The notes below the pieces were generated by a model. That model made no database searches and was not told the origin of the DNA. It saw only the letters and a program-made list of their open reading frames with translations. The position numbers and the translations under genes were made by a program. Shown piece after piece: positions 14,679 to 24,720 of a DNA stretch of 32,000 nt. Source of the stretch: Polaromonas sp. (GTDB taxonomy: Bacteria; Pseudomonadota; Gammaproteobacteria; Burkholderiales; Burkholderiaceae_C); assembly GCA_030654695.1 (NCBI GenBank), contig JAURWY010000010.1, forward strand, positions 21,445 through 53,444. Reading direction: 5' to 3'. Within the stretch, counting starts at the first letter, position 1, and each line of letters opens with the position of its first letter.

Positions 14679-15457
14679 GCCGCGGCCGCCTTGCTTGGCG
14701 TTTTTTTCTCGAAAGTCTTGCCGCTGCCGAAATAGACTTCTTGCACTTGCGGATGGTCACGCACCTCCAGCGGTTTGCCTTCGGCAATCAGCCGTCCGCG
14801 CGCCAGGACGATCATGCGGTCGGCATAGGCAAAGACGACGTCCATGCTGTGCTCGGTGAACAGCACCGCCAAACCGCGGTCGACCACCAACTGTTTGGTC
14901 AGCGCCATCAAGTCGTTTCGTTCTTTGGGGGCCATGCCCGCCGTCGGCTCGTCCATCAACAGCAATTTGGGGTTGTTGGCCATCGCCATGGCCAGCTCGA
15001 CCCGTTTCACATCGCCATAGGCCAGCACGCTGCAAGGTCGGTCAGCCTGCGGCTTCATGCTGACTTGGTCTAGCAGTTCAAGGGCTTCGTCCCTTTTGTG
15101 GTCAGCGGCGCGGCGCCACATGGAGAACAGCTTGCGGTCTGACGACAGCAAGGCCATTTGCACGTTCTCGACCACGGTCAATGAAGAAAAGGTCTCGGCA
15201 ATTTGGAAGGTTCGGCTGACGCCGAGCCGCCAGATTTCGCGCGGCGTCAAACCAATCAGCTCTTGGCCGTCGAGTTGGATTGAACCGACACCCGCCCGCA
15301 ACTGGCCATTGACCATGTTGAAGGTGGTCGACTTGCCGGCGCCGTTGGGCCCAATGAGGGCCAGCAGCTCACCGGCGGCCAGCTCAAAGCTGATGCCATC
15401 AACGGCTTTGACGCCGCCAAAAGATTTACCCAAATTAGAGACTTTGAGCAAGCTCAT
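14675..15457 (-). CDS. livG: HAAT-family ABC transporter ATP-binding protein, LivG-like
   Basis: The start is taken at MSLLKVSNLGKSFGG (ATG 15457, ATGA overlap with the permease stop). GPNGAGKST, LLLMDEPTAGM. Confidence 0.88.
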   Translation of the reverse strand: MSLLKVSNLGKSFGGVKAVDGISFELAAGELLALIGPNGAGKSTTFNMVNGQLRAGVGSIQLDGQELIGLTPREIWRLGVSRTFQIAETFSSLTVVENVQMALLSSDRKLFSMWRRAADHKRDEALELLDQVSMKPQADRPCSVLAYGDVKRVELAMAMANNPKLLLMDEPTAGMAPKERNDLMALTKQLVVDRGLAVLFTEHSMDVVFAYADRMIVLARGRLIAEGKPLEVRDHPQVQEVYFGSGKTFEKKTPSKAAAA

Positions 15458-17352
15458 GATTGCCCTTCTTTGGCGCCGCGCAGGCGCAACATCAGTTGTT
15501 GGGCAAAGCCAACGATGCCCTGCGGAAACAGCAGCACCAGAATCAACATAATGCCGCCCAGCACGGCGCGCCAGTAGTCGGTGTTGCGCGCCACTGTGTC
15601 GTGCAGCCAAGTGAAGGTGACCGCGCCCACGATGGGCCCGACCAAGGTCTGCACGCCGCCCAACAAGACCATGACCAGACCGTCAATCGACCTGCCGACA
15701 GACAGGCTTTCTGGAGAAATGCTGCCTTTTGAAAACGCATACAAGGCGCCGGCCAAACCGGCAAACGTGCCGGCCACCACAAACGCCACCCACTGGAGAC
15801 GCTTGACGTCCATGCCGATGGCGTCCGAGCGCAACACCGAATCGCGAGCGGCACGCATGCCGTAGCCAAAGGGTGAATACAACATGCGGTGCATCAGCAA
15901 CACCGCGCCGGCGACCAGCGTCAACGTCAGGTAGTAGTACATTTTTTTATCAGCCAGCCACTCAGAAGGCCAGATGCCGGTCAGGCCGTTGCTGCCACCG
16001 GTGACGCTGTCCCACTGGTAACAAATGGCCCAAGTGATTTGCGCAAAAGCCAGCGTCAGCATGGCCAAATAAACCCCTGACAAGCGGACGCAGAACCAGC
16101 CGTAGACAAAAGCACCCAATGCGGCCATGGCCGGCGCCACGATCAGCGCCACTTCCATCGGCAAATGAAGGCTGCGCACCAACAAGGCAGCGCCGTAAGC
16201 GCCCAAACCAAAATAAGCGGCATGGCCAAACGAGTGCATGCCGGCCGGCCCCATGATGAAGTGCAGGCTGGCCGCAAACAACACGGCCACCAACAAGTCG
16301 ATCAGCAAAATGGTCACGTAAGGCGACTGCGCCGTCAGCACCGGCATCAACGCCAGCAGGGCCAGCAGTGCAGCGCCTCCATACGTGTAGAGACGATCTG
16401 GCGGCCTAAGGGGTTGCTCGGCTGCCCCCGCGTGCCGGCTTGGCGATTGCGGCCGGCCGAAGAGTCCCCAGGGCCGGGCTACCAAGACCACCGCCATCAC
16501 CAGAAACTCAACCACCAGCGTGAGCTTGGAGAATGAAATGCTGATGCCGGCGATCTCCACCAGACCCAGCCAAATACAAATCGCCTTGAGCTGCGCAATC
16601 AGCAGCGCCGCCACATAAGCGCCAGGGATCGAGCCCATGCCGCCGACCACCACCACCACAAAGGCGGCACCGATGATGTTCAGGTCCATATCGAGATTCG
16701 CGGACTCGCGTGGCAGTTGCAGCGCCCCACCGAGACCGGCCAGAAAAGCCCCCAAAGCAAAAACAGCCGTGAACAACCAAGCCTGGTTCACACCCAGTGC
16801 GCTGACCATCTCTCGGTCTTGCGTGGCGGCTCGCACCAAAGTGCCAAAGCGCGTCTTGGTCAAGAGCAGCCACAGCAGACCCAGCACCACCGGGCCCGCA
16901 ACAATCAGAAAAATATCGTAAGTCGGAAACTGCCGTCCCAAAATCAACACCGAACCGGTGAAACCCGGCGCGCGTGGACCGAGCAATTCTTCGGCACCCC
17001 ACAACCACAGCACGCCGTCTTTGATCACCAGCCCAAGCGCGAAGGTCGCCAGCAATTGAAAGAGTTCGGGCGCGCGGTAAATCCGGCGCAGCAGCAAGAC
17101 TTCAACCAGCGCGCCCAACAAAGCCACGGCCAGCGCCGCCAGCAGCAAGGATGGCCAGAAGCCAACGCTGTTGCCGAGCGCACCCACCAGCGAATAAGCC
17201 ACGTAGATGCCGACCATGAAAAACGAGCCGTGCGCAAAGTTAACGATGCGGGTGACGCCAAAAATCAGCGACAGCCCGGCTGCAACCAAAAACAAAGAAG
17301 AGGCGCCAGCCAGGCCATTCAGCAGCTGGACAACAAAGCCAGAAAAACTCAT
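15454..17352 (-). CDS. Fused LivH-LivM type branched-chain amino acid ABC permease
   Basis: Start at MSFSGFVVQLLNGLAGAS (ATG 17352). About 630 aa, highly hydrophobic, with two permease-like halves joined by a Pro/Arg-rich linker (RPQSPSRHAGAAEQPLRPPDR). Confidence 0.85.
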   Translation of the reverse strand: MSFSGFVVQLLNGLAGASSLFLVAAGLSLIFGVTRIVNFAHGSFFMVGIYVAYSLVGALGNSVGFWPSLLLAALAVALLGALVEVLLLRRIYRAPELFQLLATFALGLVIKDGVLWLWGAEELLGPRAPGFTGSVLILGRQFPTYDIFLIVAGPVVLGLLWLLLTKTRFGTLVRAATQDREMVSALGVNQAWLFTAVFALGAFLAGLGGALQLPRESANLDMDLNIIGAAFVVVVVGGMGSIPGAYVAALLIAQLKAICIWLGLVEIAGISISFSKLTLVVEFLVMAVVLVARPWGLFGRPQSPSRHAGAAEQPLRPPDRLYTYGGAALLALLALMPVLTAQSPYVTILLIDLLVAVLFAASLHFIMGPAGMHSFGHAAYFGLGAYGAALLVRSLHLPMEVALIVAPAMAALGAFVYGWFCVRLSGVYLAMLTLAFAQITWAICYQWDSVTGGSNGLTGIWPSEWLADKKMYYYLTLTLVAGAVLLMHRMLYSPFGYGMRAARDSVLRSDAIGMDVKRLQWVAFVVAGTFAGLAGALYAFSKGSISPESLSVGRSIDGLVMVLLGGVQTLVGPIVGAVTFTWLHDTVARNTDYWRAVLGGIMLILVLLFPQGIVGFAQQLMLRLRGAKEGQS

Positions 17353-17368
17353 GGCTGGCTCAAACCCA

Positions 17369-18577
17369 TCAGTCAGCTGCGCGCAGCTTTTTGACCTCGG
17401 CGTCGCTGGGCTGGAACTTGGCACCGTCTAGGTAGCGGTAGTCGACCATCACGCCTTTGCCATTGTCGTTTTTGGTGCGACCGACATAGACGCCCATGGT
17501 CGACTGGTGGTCTTGCGCGCGGTAAGTGATCGGGCCGTAAGGCGTCACCACCGACAGACCTCGAAAAGCCGTGATGAGTTTTTCAGTCTCGGTAGAGTTG
17601 GCTTTTTTCATGCCGGCTGCCAGCGACTTGATGGCGCTGTAACCAATGACTGAGCCGAGGCGCGGGTAGTCCTTGAACTTGCTGTTGTAAGCGTTGTAAA
17701 AGGCTTTGTGCTCCGGCGTTTGAATGCCGTACCAAGGGTAGCCAGTGACAATCCAGCCGTTCGGCGTTTCTTCTTTGAGCGGGTCGAGGTACTCAGGCTC
17801 ACCCGTCAACAGGCTGACCACTTCACGCCCTTTGAACAGACCGCGCGTGTTGCCTTCGCGCACAAACTTGGCGAGGTCAGCGGCGAACAGCACGTTGAAA
17901 ATAGCGTCTGGCTTGGCGTCGGCCAAGGCTTGCACCACGCTGCCGGCATCCACCTTGCCCAGCGGCGGCGCTTGTTCAGCAACAAACTCGACATCCGGTT
18001 GCGCAGCTTTCAGCAACTCTTTGAAGGTAGCGGCCGCGGATTGACCGTACTCATAGTTGGGGTAAATGATGGCCCAGCGTTTTTTCTTCATCGCGGCGGC
18101 TTCGGGCACCAGCATGGCGACTTGCATGTAGGTGGAAGTGCGCAGCCGGAAGGTGTAGCGGTTGCCGTTTTGCCAGACGATTTTGTCGGTCAGCGGCTCA
18201 GACGCTAAAAAGAAGACTTTCTTTTGTTTGGCGAAGTCGGTCAAGGCCAAGCCGATGTGCGATAGGAAAGAACCGGTGAGGACGTCGACTTTTTCACGCG
18301 ACAGCAGTTCTTCGGCAGCCCGCACGGCGTCGCCCGGGTTGGCGTTGTCGTCACGGACGATGAGTTCGAGTTTTTTGCCGTTGATGCCGCCGCTGGCGTT
18401 GATCTCTTCAATCGCCAAGTCCATGCCCTTTTTGTAGGGTTCAAGGAAGGCAGGCTGTGCCTTGTAGCTGTTGATTTCGCCGATCTTGATGACGTTTTGT
18501 GCCTGCGCTGGTGTCAGCAAGGTGACAAAACTCAAGAGCGTTATCGCGCCCAGTGCGGTAGGGAGTGGCATCTTCAT
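17369..18577 (-). CDS. ABC transporter periplasmic substrate-binding protein (Leu/Ile/Val-binding protein family)
   Basis: Start at MKMPLPTALGAITLL (AGGA upstream). Signal peptide ending AQAQ. IKIGEINSY...GGINGKKLELIVRDD motif. Confidence 0.88.
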   Translation of the reverse strand: MKMPLPTALGAITLLSFVTLLTPAQAQNVIKIGEINSYKAQPAFLEPYKKGMDLAIEEINASGGINGKKLELIVRDDNANPGDAVRAAEELLSREKVDVLTGSFLSHIGLALTDFAKQKKVFFLASEPLTDKIVWQNGNRYTFRLRTSTYMQVAMLVPEAAAMKKKRWAIIYPNYEYGQSAAATFKELLKAAQPDVEFVAEQAPPLGKVDAGSVVQALADAKPDAIFNVLFAADLAKFVREGNTRGLFKGREVVSLLTGEPEYLDPLKEETPNGWIVTGYPWYGIQTPEHKAFYNAYNSKFKDYPRLGSVIGYSAIKSLAAGMKKANSTETEKLITAFRGLSVVTPYGPITYRAQDHQSTMGVYVGRTKNDNGKGVMVDYRYLDGAKFQPSDAEVKKLRAAD

Positions 18578-18745
18578 AAAAAAATTTCCTGCTTGCGGAT
18601 AAATCAAGGGCTCTCGTGGACTTGTCAGTCGCCCACGCACGTGAGCGGTCCATTATTGCCTGTCAAGCCAAGCGCGATTGGGCTTTCGTCGACAATAGCG
18701 CCTTCTTGCTTTCTGCTTTTCATTCAAGTTTCACACGTACACACC

Positions 18746-19519
18746 ATGAGCGCTTTCAACGAAGAACGGGTTTTATCCGTCCACCACTGGACTGACACGC
18801 TGTTTACCTTCACGACGACCCGCGACCAGTCACTTCGCTTCAGCAACGGCCACTTCACCATGATCGGCCTGCGTGTCAACGACAAGCCGCTGTTGCGCGC
18901 CTACAGCATCGTCAGCCCGAACCACGACGAGCATCTGGAATTTTTAAGCATCAAGGTGCAAGACGGCCCGCTGACATCGCGCCTGCAACACATCAAGGTC
19001 GGCGACACCGTCATCGTCGGCCGTAAGCCGACAGGCACCTTGCTCATTGACTACCTGCTGCCAGGCAAACGTTTGTATATGCTGTCCACTGGCACTGGTC
19101 TGGCGCCTTTCATGAGCATCATCCGCGACCCGGCCACTTACGAGCAGTTTGAGCAAGTGGTGTTGGTGCACGGCGTGCGCCAAGTCAACGAGCTGGCGTA
19201 CCAAGACTTGATCGTCAATGAACTGCCGCAGCATGAGTTTCTGGGCGAGATGATCTCCAAGCAGTTGCTGTATTACCCGACAGTGACGCGTGAGGCTTAC
19301 CGCAACACCGGCCGGGTGACTGACTTGCTCGAGAGCGGCAAGCTGATGGCCGACCTGAACTTGCCGGCCCTCAACCCGGTGGAAGACCGCGTCATGATTT
19401 GCGGCAGCCCGGGGATGCTGAAAGATTTGAAACGCATGCTCGAAGAGCGCGGCTTCAAAGAGGGCAACACCGTGCGTCAAGGTGACTTCGTCATTGAGCG
19501 CGCTTTCGCTGAGCAGTGA
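18746..19519 (+). CDS. fpr: Ferredoxin--NADP(+) reductase
   Basis: Start MSAFNEERVLSVHHWTDTLFTF. RAYSIVS FAD-binding motif, MLSTGTGLAPF NADP motif, C-terminal FVIERAFAEQ. Confidence 0.9.
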   Translation: MSAFNEERVLSVHHWTDTLFTFTTTRDQSLRFSNGHFTMIGLRVNDKPLLRAYSIVSPNHDEHLEFLSIKVQDGPLTSRLQHIKVGDTVIVGRKPTGTLLIDYLLPGKRLYMLSTGTGLAPFMSIIRDPATYEQFEQVVLVHGVRQVNELAYQDLIVNELPQHEFLGEMISKQLLYYPTVTREAYRNTGRVTDLLESGKLMADLNLPALNPVEDRVMICGSPGMLKDLKRMLEERGFKEGNTVRQGDFVIERAFAEQ

Positions 19520-19532
19520 TAAGTCGGCGCCC

Positions 19533-21566
19533 TTAAGGCATCTTGTCGTCCAGCGGTGGCGCACTGGCTTCGCGTGGACCTATCATGCCCAAGCGCGCTT
19601 TCAACGACTGCGGCTGGCCGGTCAACACGGCGGCGTAGTTGGTGGTGTTGGACAACACCTTTTTGACGTAGTCGCGGGTTTCGTTGAAGGGCACGTTTTC
19701 GGCCCAAATGGCGGCTTCCAATTGCGGCCCGTTGCGCCAGTTGCGTGGCCGGCTGGGTCCCGCGTTGTAAGCGGCCGCGGCCATCGCCATCGACCCACCA
19801 AAGTCATCCAGCGCGCGCTTCAGGTAGGCCGTGCCAATGGTGATGTTGGTGTCGCGGTCATTGATCTGATTCGCGGTGAAACTTTTCAGACCAATGTAGC
19901 GTGCGGTTTCGCGTGCGGTCGCCGGCATGATCTGCATCAGGCCAGAGGCGCCTACCCCTGAGCGCGCGTCCATGATGAAACGGCTTTCTTGGCGGATCAA
20001 ACCGTAAACGTAGGCTGGATCTAGGCCAATGTCGCGGCTGCGTTTGGTGACGGCATCGCGAAACGGCATCGGGAAGCGCTGTGCAAAGTCCATGTCGCCT
20101 TGGGTGCGTTCGCTGGTGTTGATGCAGCGGTCCCAAATGGCGCGGTCGCAGGCCAGTTGCGCTGCAGCCAACAGTTCTCGCTCACCCATGCCGCCGGTCT
20201 GGGCCAAGTTGGTGGCGTAGTTCCATTCGCGCACACCTTCGCTGCGCAGACCGATGGCGATGGCGTGCGTTGCGCGTTGCAGACTGGCGTTGTTGCGGGC
20301 GGCTTCTTTTTCTGCCGTACTCAGGGCCGCCGGGCTGGCCGGCACGGTGATCAGCTGGCCCAGCTCTTCTAACGCCAACTGCTCATAAAAGCCGCGCACC
20401 GAGGCAATTGATTGGAACAGCGCCAGTGCCTCAGCGCGTTGCGGTGGCGTCGGTGTAGATGAGGCGCCCAACAAGGCACGGGCTTTCCAATAAATCCAGG
20501 TCGGGTCTTTGCGAGCATCACTGCTCATGGCGTTGATGCTGCTCAACACCAGGGGCCAACGCGGCTGGTTGCCAGCGCGCAAAGCCGCTCGGGTTTTCCA
20601 ACCGAGCATCTCATCCGTGAGGTCACTGTCGGCTGAGACCTTGTTGAAATATGTCAGCGGGTCTGAGCCCTGACTGCTGAAACGAATGGCGCTTTGTTTG
20701 CCGATGACGCCCCAAACCCAGTTGCGCTCTTCGGTACTCAACTGAAAGCCCCATTTGTGGTCTAAAAACTTGGCAGCAGCATCTGGGTCCGTGGCGGCCA
20801 ACTTGACCATCGCCAGCGTGACGAGTTCTTTGCGCGCCCGCGTGAAAGCCACTTTCTTGGAGATCAAGAATTGCGATGGACTGGCCTGAATTGCCGCCAG
20901 CAAGGCCATCGAATCGGGTGAGACCATCTCAACGGCGTCTCGGGTCGGGCGCGGCCGGTTGTTTTCTATCGACAGCCGGGCTTTGCGCCAGATGTCCAGC
21001 GGCGTCAGTTGTTTGGACGCCAGCAGGCGTTCCGCGGCGGCCCGGCAACCGCCGTCGGCGTCGCGCTGGGCGTACCAAGTTTTCTTCACGTTGTTGGCAA
21101 GGGCGCTCGTGCTGTCCGGACCGCTTTTGACGTGCTCGATCAACCACGCATAGCAGCGCACATCGCGGTCATCGCCCATGCGGAACTGCGGATGCTCAGC
21201 CGCAAACGTGGTCCAGTCACGGCGCTCGCCGAGCAGCAGCAGCCAGTCATTGCGCAGGCGGTCTTCTTGGTAGCTGCCAGCGTAACGCGTCAGAAAAGCC
21301 TGCACGTCTTGCGGGCTGGCATCGTTCAGCCGGCTGTTCAACTCCCAATAGGCCGCCCACGGCTCCAGCGCATGGCCTCGCACCTGCGGCAACAAGGCGG
21401 TCAAGCGGGCTTTGTCGCCGCGCCTGAAGGCTTGGCCCATCTCCAAAACGGTCTCGTCGGCCCGCGTTAATGCGGCTGACAGCGTGGTTTGCGCGCTGGC
21501 CGACGCGGCAAAAAAAGAGCTTGTAACGGCAGCGAGCGCTGCGCTGTAAATAAATTTCGATAGCAT
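19533..21566 (-). CDS. slt: Soluble lytic murein transglycosylase (Slt70-like)
   Basis: Signal peptide, long superhelical N-terminal region, and a C-terminal SLT domain with ESRF...GLMQIMPATA...AYNAGPSR. Confidence 0.9.
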   Translation of the reverse strand: MLSKFIYSAALAAVTSSFFAASASAQTTLSAALTRADETVLEMGQAFRRGDKARLTALLPQVRGHALEPWAAYWELNSRLNDASPQDVQAFLTRYAGSYQEDRLRNDWLLLLGERRDWTTFAAEHPQFRMGDDRDVRCYAWLIEHVKSGPDSTSALANNVKKTWYAQRDADGGCRAAAERLLASKQLTPLDIWRKARLSIENNRPRPTRDAVEMVSPDSMALLAAIQASPSQFLISKKVAFTRARKELVTLAMVKLAATDPDAAAKFLDHKWGFQLSTEERNWVWGVIGKQSAIRFSSQGSDPLTYFNKVSADSDLTDEMLGWKTRAALRAGNQPRWPLVLSSINAMSSDARKDPTWIYWKARALLGASSTPTPPQRAEALALFQSIASVRGFYEQLALEELGQLITVPASPAALSTAEKEAARNNASLQRATHAIAIGLRSEGVREWNYATNLAQTGGMGERELLAAAQLACDRAIWDRCINTSERTQGDMDFAQRFPMPFRDAVTKRSRDIGLDPAYVYGLIRQESRFIMDARSGVGASGLMQIMPATARETARYIGLKSFTANQINDRDTNITIGTAYLKRALDDFGGSMAMAAAAYNAGPSRPRNWRNGPQLEAAIWAENVPFNETRDYVKKVLSNTTNYAAVLTGQPQSLKARLGMIGPREASAPPLDDKMP

Positions 21567-21575
21567 CGGGAGATT

Positions 21576-22217
21576 ATGGACAAATTAACTGCGCGAAAAA
21601 ACCTCATTGAACAACGTTTGAACCTGCCGGATCGCCTACAGCGCGCCGACTTGTTACAGCGGGTCATGCGGATCTGGCTGGTGGGCCGGCCAGATGCCGT
21701 GATTGGCGCTTATTGGCCGATCAAAGGTGAGTTTGACCCCTTGCCCGCGCTCTACCGCTGGCAAGAAGACGCCATGCTCGGCGAGTTGTTTGAGCCGAAC
21801 ACGCCGTTGACGCCAGACGGCGGCACGCAAATCGTGACCGAAAGTCTGGCCAATCGCTCACCCCGCAAGATCGGACTGCCGGTGGTCGATAAAGTTCACA
21901 AGACGCTGACCTTTCACGCTTGGTACCCGGGTTGCCCGATGGAGGAAGACGCCTACGGCATTCCGAAGCCCAAAGACACCGAGATGATTGTCCCTACCTT
22001 GCTGTTTGTGCCGTGTGTGGGCTACGGCCCGGGCGGTTACCGCTTGGGCTACGGCGGTGGTTTTTACGACCGCACGCTGGCCACCTTGCAGCCCAAACCG
22101 GTGACGGTCGGACTCGGTTACAGCCACGGCTGGTTGCCTGACCTGCAACCCGAGGCACACGATGTGCCGCTGGATGCCTTGCTGAACGACGAAGGCGTTG
22201 TCTGGTCGGGTAGCTAG
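21576..22217 (+). CDS. 5-formyltetrahydrofolate cyclo-ligase family protein
   Basis: GGGAG RBS. Characteristic YWPIKGEFDP and GYRLGYGGGFYDRTL motifs. Confidence 0.85.
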   Translation: MDKLTARKNLIEQRLNLPDRLQRADLLQRVMRIWLVGRPDAVIGAYWPIKGEFDPLPALYRWQEDAMLGELFEPNTPLTPDGGTQIVTESLANRSPRKIGLPVVDKVHKTLTFHAWYPGCPMEEDAYGIPKPKDTEMIVPTLLFVPCVGYGPGGYRLGYGGGFYDRTLATLQPKPVTVGLGYSHGWLPDLQPEAHDVPLDALLNDEGVVWSGS

Positions 22218-23134
22218 CGCTGGACTGACAGCGCGCGTAAATCCAACTCGTAATTTTGCAACTTGCGCAGAGCGGTGAGGCGTTGCTCGGGGCTCATGCT
22301 GTTGTGCAAATCAGCAAAAGTCTGACAGGTTTGCAGCCGCGTTTTTTGGCTGTAGTCACGGTAGTTCGGGTCGGGTGACAGGGCCACGCGGGCAAAGACG
22401 CCGCCCAAGTGGGTCGACATGGTGGCCGCGGAGGCTTGCCTCAAGTTGCGCAACGTTTGCATTAAATCTTGTTGCCTGCGCAGGCGCTCCGCGTAAGCAG
22501 TTGCCGGGTCAAACCCGGACGCTTCAAGCCGTGCGTCCAGCAACGCTTCTTGCTTGTTCGTGAGGTTGCCGTAAAGACTCTCGGCGCGTGAAACCGCTTG
22601 TTCAAGCCGCTTGTCGCGCAGCTTGGACGCCGGGCCATCGACATAGTCTTTGCGGTACTTGGCATTGGCTTTGGCCAGCTTTTTTTGCAGATGCGTCAGT
22701 TGTGAGCCGTCCAAGCTGGCCAGCACCTGCATGCCAGCACCTTGACCTTCTTTTTGATCTTCAGACTGCAGCCGTCCGGCGATGCCTTCAAACGTCACCC
22801 GCAAGCGGTCTTGCACCTCGACATACAGCGTGCAAGCCTGCGCAACCGACATGTCTTTGGGCATCTGGTGTTGTAGTTTTTCCAGCGTTTCGATGTAAAG
22901 CGGCAATTGCGTCTGCCGGTGCCATTGGTGAATGTCGTCCAGCGCTGTCTTCACCAGTGGCCGCTGGCTTGCATTGAAATCGAGGTAGTCGTCTAGGTAC
23001 CAGTACGTCGCCAGCGGCGACTGGTTGTAGGCCAAGCGCAGCGCGCCGCAGCCCTGCAGCCCCAAGATGAGCATGGCTGCGCCGATAATCCTCAGCAGGT
23101 TTTTAAACAAAGACAAGTCAACAGGACAACTCAT
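22214..23134 (-). CDS. Putative lipoprotein of unknown function
   Basis: Lipobox LILGLQGC. The start is uncertain: the ATG at 23134 shares CATG with the divergent glmU start, and in-frame TTG codons lie just downstream. The longer 359-aa ORF is unlikely. Confidence 0.6.
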   Translation of the reverse strand: MSCPVDLSLFKNLLRIIGAAMLILGLQGCGALRLAYNQSPLATYWYLDDYLDFNASQRPLVKTALDDIHQWHRQTQLPLYIETLEKLQHQMPKDMSVAQACTLYVEVQDRLRVTFEGIAGRLQSEDQKEGQGAGMQVLASLDGSQLTHLQKKLAKANAKYRKDYVDGPASKLRDKRLEQAVSRAESLYGNLTNKQEALLDARLEASGFDPATAYAERLRRQQDLMQTLRNLRQASAATMSTHLGGVFARVALSPDPNYRDYSQKTRLQTCQTFADLHNSMSPEQRLTALRKLQNYELDLRALSVQR

Positions 23135-24545
23135 GGCAACTCCGATAGACGTCGTCATCATGGCCGCTGGCAAGGGCACGCGGATGAAGAGCGCTTTGCC
23201 CAAAGTGTTGCACCGTTTGGGCGGTCGCGCATTATTACGCCATGTGATCGACTGCGCTGCATTGTTATCGGCTAGGCAAGCGGTGGTCATCACCGGTCAC
23301 GGTGCGGCGGAGGTGGAGGCGGCGCTGAGCATTGATGCCCCCGCGTCGCTGGGTCTGCAGTTTGTGCGCCAAGAGCCGCAGCTGGGCACCGGCCACGCTG
23401 TGCAACAAGCGCTGCCGCAACTGGCGGATGACGGTGTCACGCTGGTTTTATCGGGCGATGTTCCGTTGACTCAGGCCAGTACCTTGCAGGCGCTGCTGGC
23501 CTTGTGTGCGGGCCAGCAATTGGCCTTGTTGACGCTGGCCATGCCCGACCCAATGGGTTATGGCCGCATCGTCCGCGAAAACGCTGAAAACTCGGGCGGC
23601 AAGGTACTGGCCATCGTCGAGCACAAAGACGCCAGCGAAGCGCAGCGCCAGATCAGCGAAATTTACAGCGGCATCATGGCCGTGCCGACGCGCTTGCTGC
23701 GGACTTGGCTGAGCCGGCTCGACAACCAAAACGCCCAAGGCGAGTACTACCTGACAGACATCGTCAAGTTCGCCGTGGGTGATGGCTTGCCCGTGCTGGC
23801 GCACCAGATCACCGACGCTGCACAGGTGGCTGGCGTCAACAGCCCCGTGCAACTGGCTGAACTGGAGCGCATTTATCAGCGGCGCAACGCTGACGCGCTG
23901 ATGGAACAAGGCACGCGGCTGGCCGACCCAGCACGGCTGGATGTGCGCGGCCAGCTGGTCTGCGGGCGCGATGTGGAGATTGACGTCAACTGCGTTTTTG
24001 AAGGCCGCGTGAGCCTCGGCGACGGCGTGCGCGTAGGTGCTAACTGCGTGATTGCCAACGCCAACATGGCCGCCGGTGCGGTGATCCATCCTTTCACCCA
24101 CATCGACGGCGAACAGCTTGGCGTTGAGGTCGGCGAAGGCGCGCTGATCGGCCCGTTTGCACGGCTGCGGCCCGGCGCCAAGCTGGGGGCCGAAGTGCAC
24201 ATCGGCAACTTTGTCGAAGTGAAAAACTCGACCTTGGCCAAAGGCGCCAAAGCCAATCACTTGGCGTACCTAGGCGACGCCACCGTGGGCGAGCGTGTGA
24301 ACTACGGCGCCGGCAGCATCACCGCCAACTACGACGGCGCCAACAAACACCGCACCGTGATCGAGGCTGACGTCCACGTGGGCAGCAACTGCGTGCTGAT
24401 CGCGCCCGTCACCATCGGCGCAGGCGGCACCATTGGCGGCGGCTCAACCATCACCAAAGACACCGCGCCGGGCGCCTTGAGCGTGGCGCGCGGCAAGCAG
24501 GTGAGTATTGCGAATTGGGCCAGGCCGGCGAAGAAAGCCCGCTGA
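23133..24545 (+). CDS. glmU: Bifunctional UDP-N-acetylglucosamine diphosphorylase / glucosamine-1-phosphate N-acetyltransferase
   Basis: Start MATPIDVVIMAAGKGTRMKSALPKVLH (AGGA RBS). C-terminal left-handed beta-helix hexapeptide repeats. Confidence 0.95.
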   Translation: MATPIDVVIMAAGKGTRMKSALPKVLHRLGGRALLRHVIDCAALLSARQAVVITGHGAAEVEAALSIDAPASLGLQFVRQEPQLGTGHAVQQALPQLADDGVTLVLSGDVPLTQASTLQALLALCAGQQLALLTLAMPDPMGYGRIVRENAENSGGKVLAIVEHKDASEAQRQISEIYSGIMAVPTRLLRTWLSRLDNQNAQGEYYLTDIVKFAVGDGLPVLAHQITDAAQVAGVNSPVQLAELERIYQRRNADALMEQGTRLADPARLDVRGQLVCGRDVEIDVNCVFEGRVSLGDGVRVGANCVIANANMAAGAVIHPFTHIDGEQLGVEVGEGALIGPFARLRPGAKLGAEVHIGNFVEVKNSTLAKGAKANHLAYLGDATVGERVNYGAGSITANYDGANKHRTVIEADVHVGSNCVLIAPVTIGAGGTIGGGSTITKDTAPGALSVARGKQVSIANWARPAKKAR

Positions 24546-24575
24546 CCAGCGGGTCAGAGCAGGCTCACCCATTTC

Positions 24576-24640
24576 CGTCATCGCGAGCACAGCGCGGCGA
24601 TCCAGTCGGTCATGGGTTGTCGCGCTGCGCTCGCAACGAC
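24576..24640. repeat. REP-like element: two inverted copies of the CGTCATCGCGAGC.CAGCG.GGCGAT unit
   Basis: Direct copy at 24576-24604. Inverted, diverged copy GTTGTCGCGCTGCGCTCGCAACGAC at 24616-24640. Could fold as a long imperfect hairpin downstream of glmU. Confidence 0.7.
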
Positions 24641-24720
24641 AAGAATGAATGACCATCTAACGCCAAAGCGCCGAACAAGCCGCCGCGCACTGTGCGCCAC
24701 CAAAAGGGCAAAATCACCCC

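Noticed and set aside
23132-23135. Divergent glmU and lipoprotein start codons sharing a CATG
   Set aside because: This is probably an artefact of choosing the first ATG for the lipoprotein gene. In-frame TTG codons a few codons downstream give a cleaner signal peptide (MSLFKNLLRII...LQGC).
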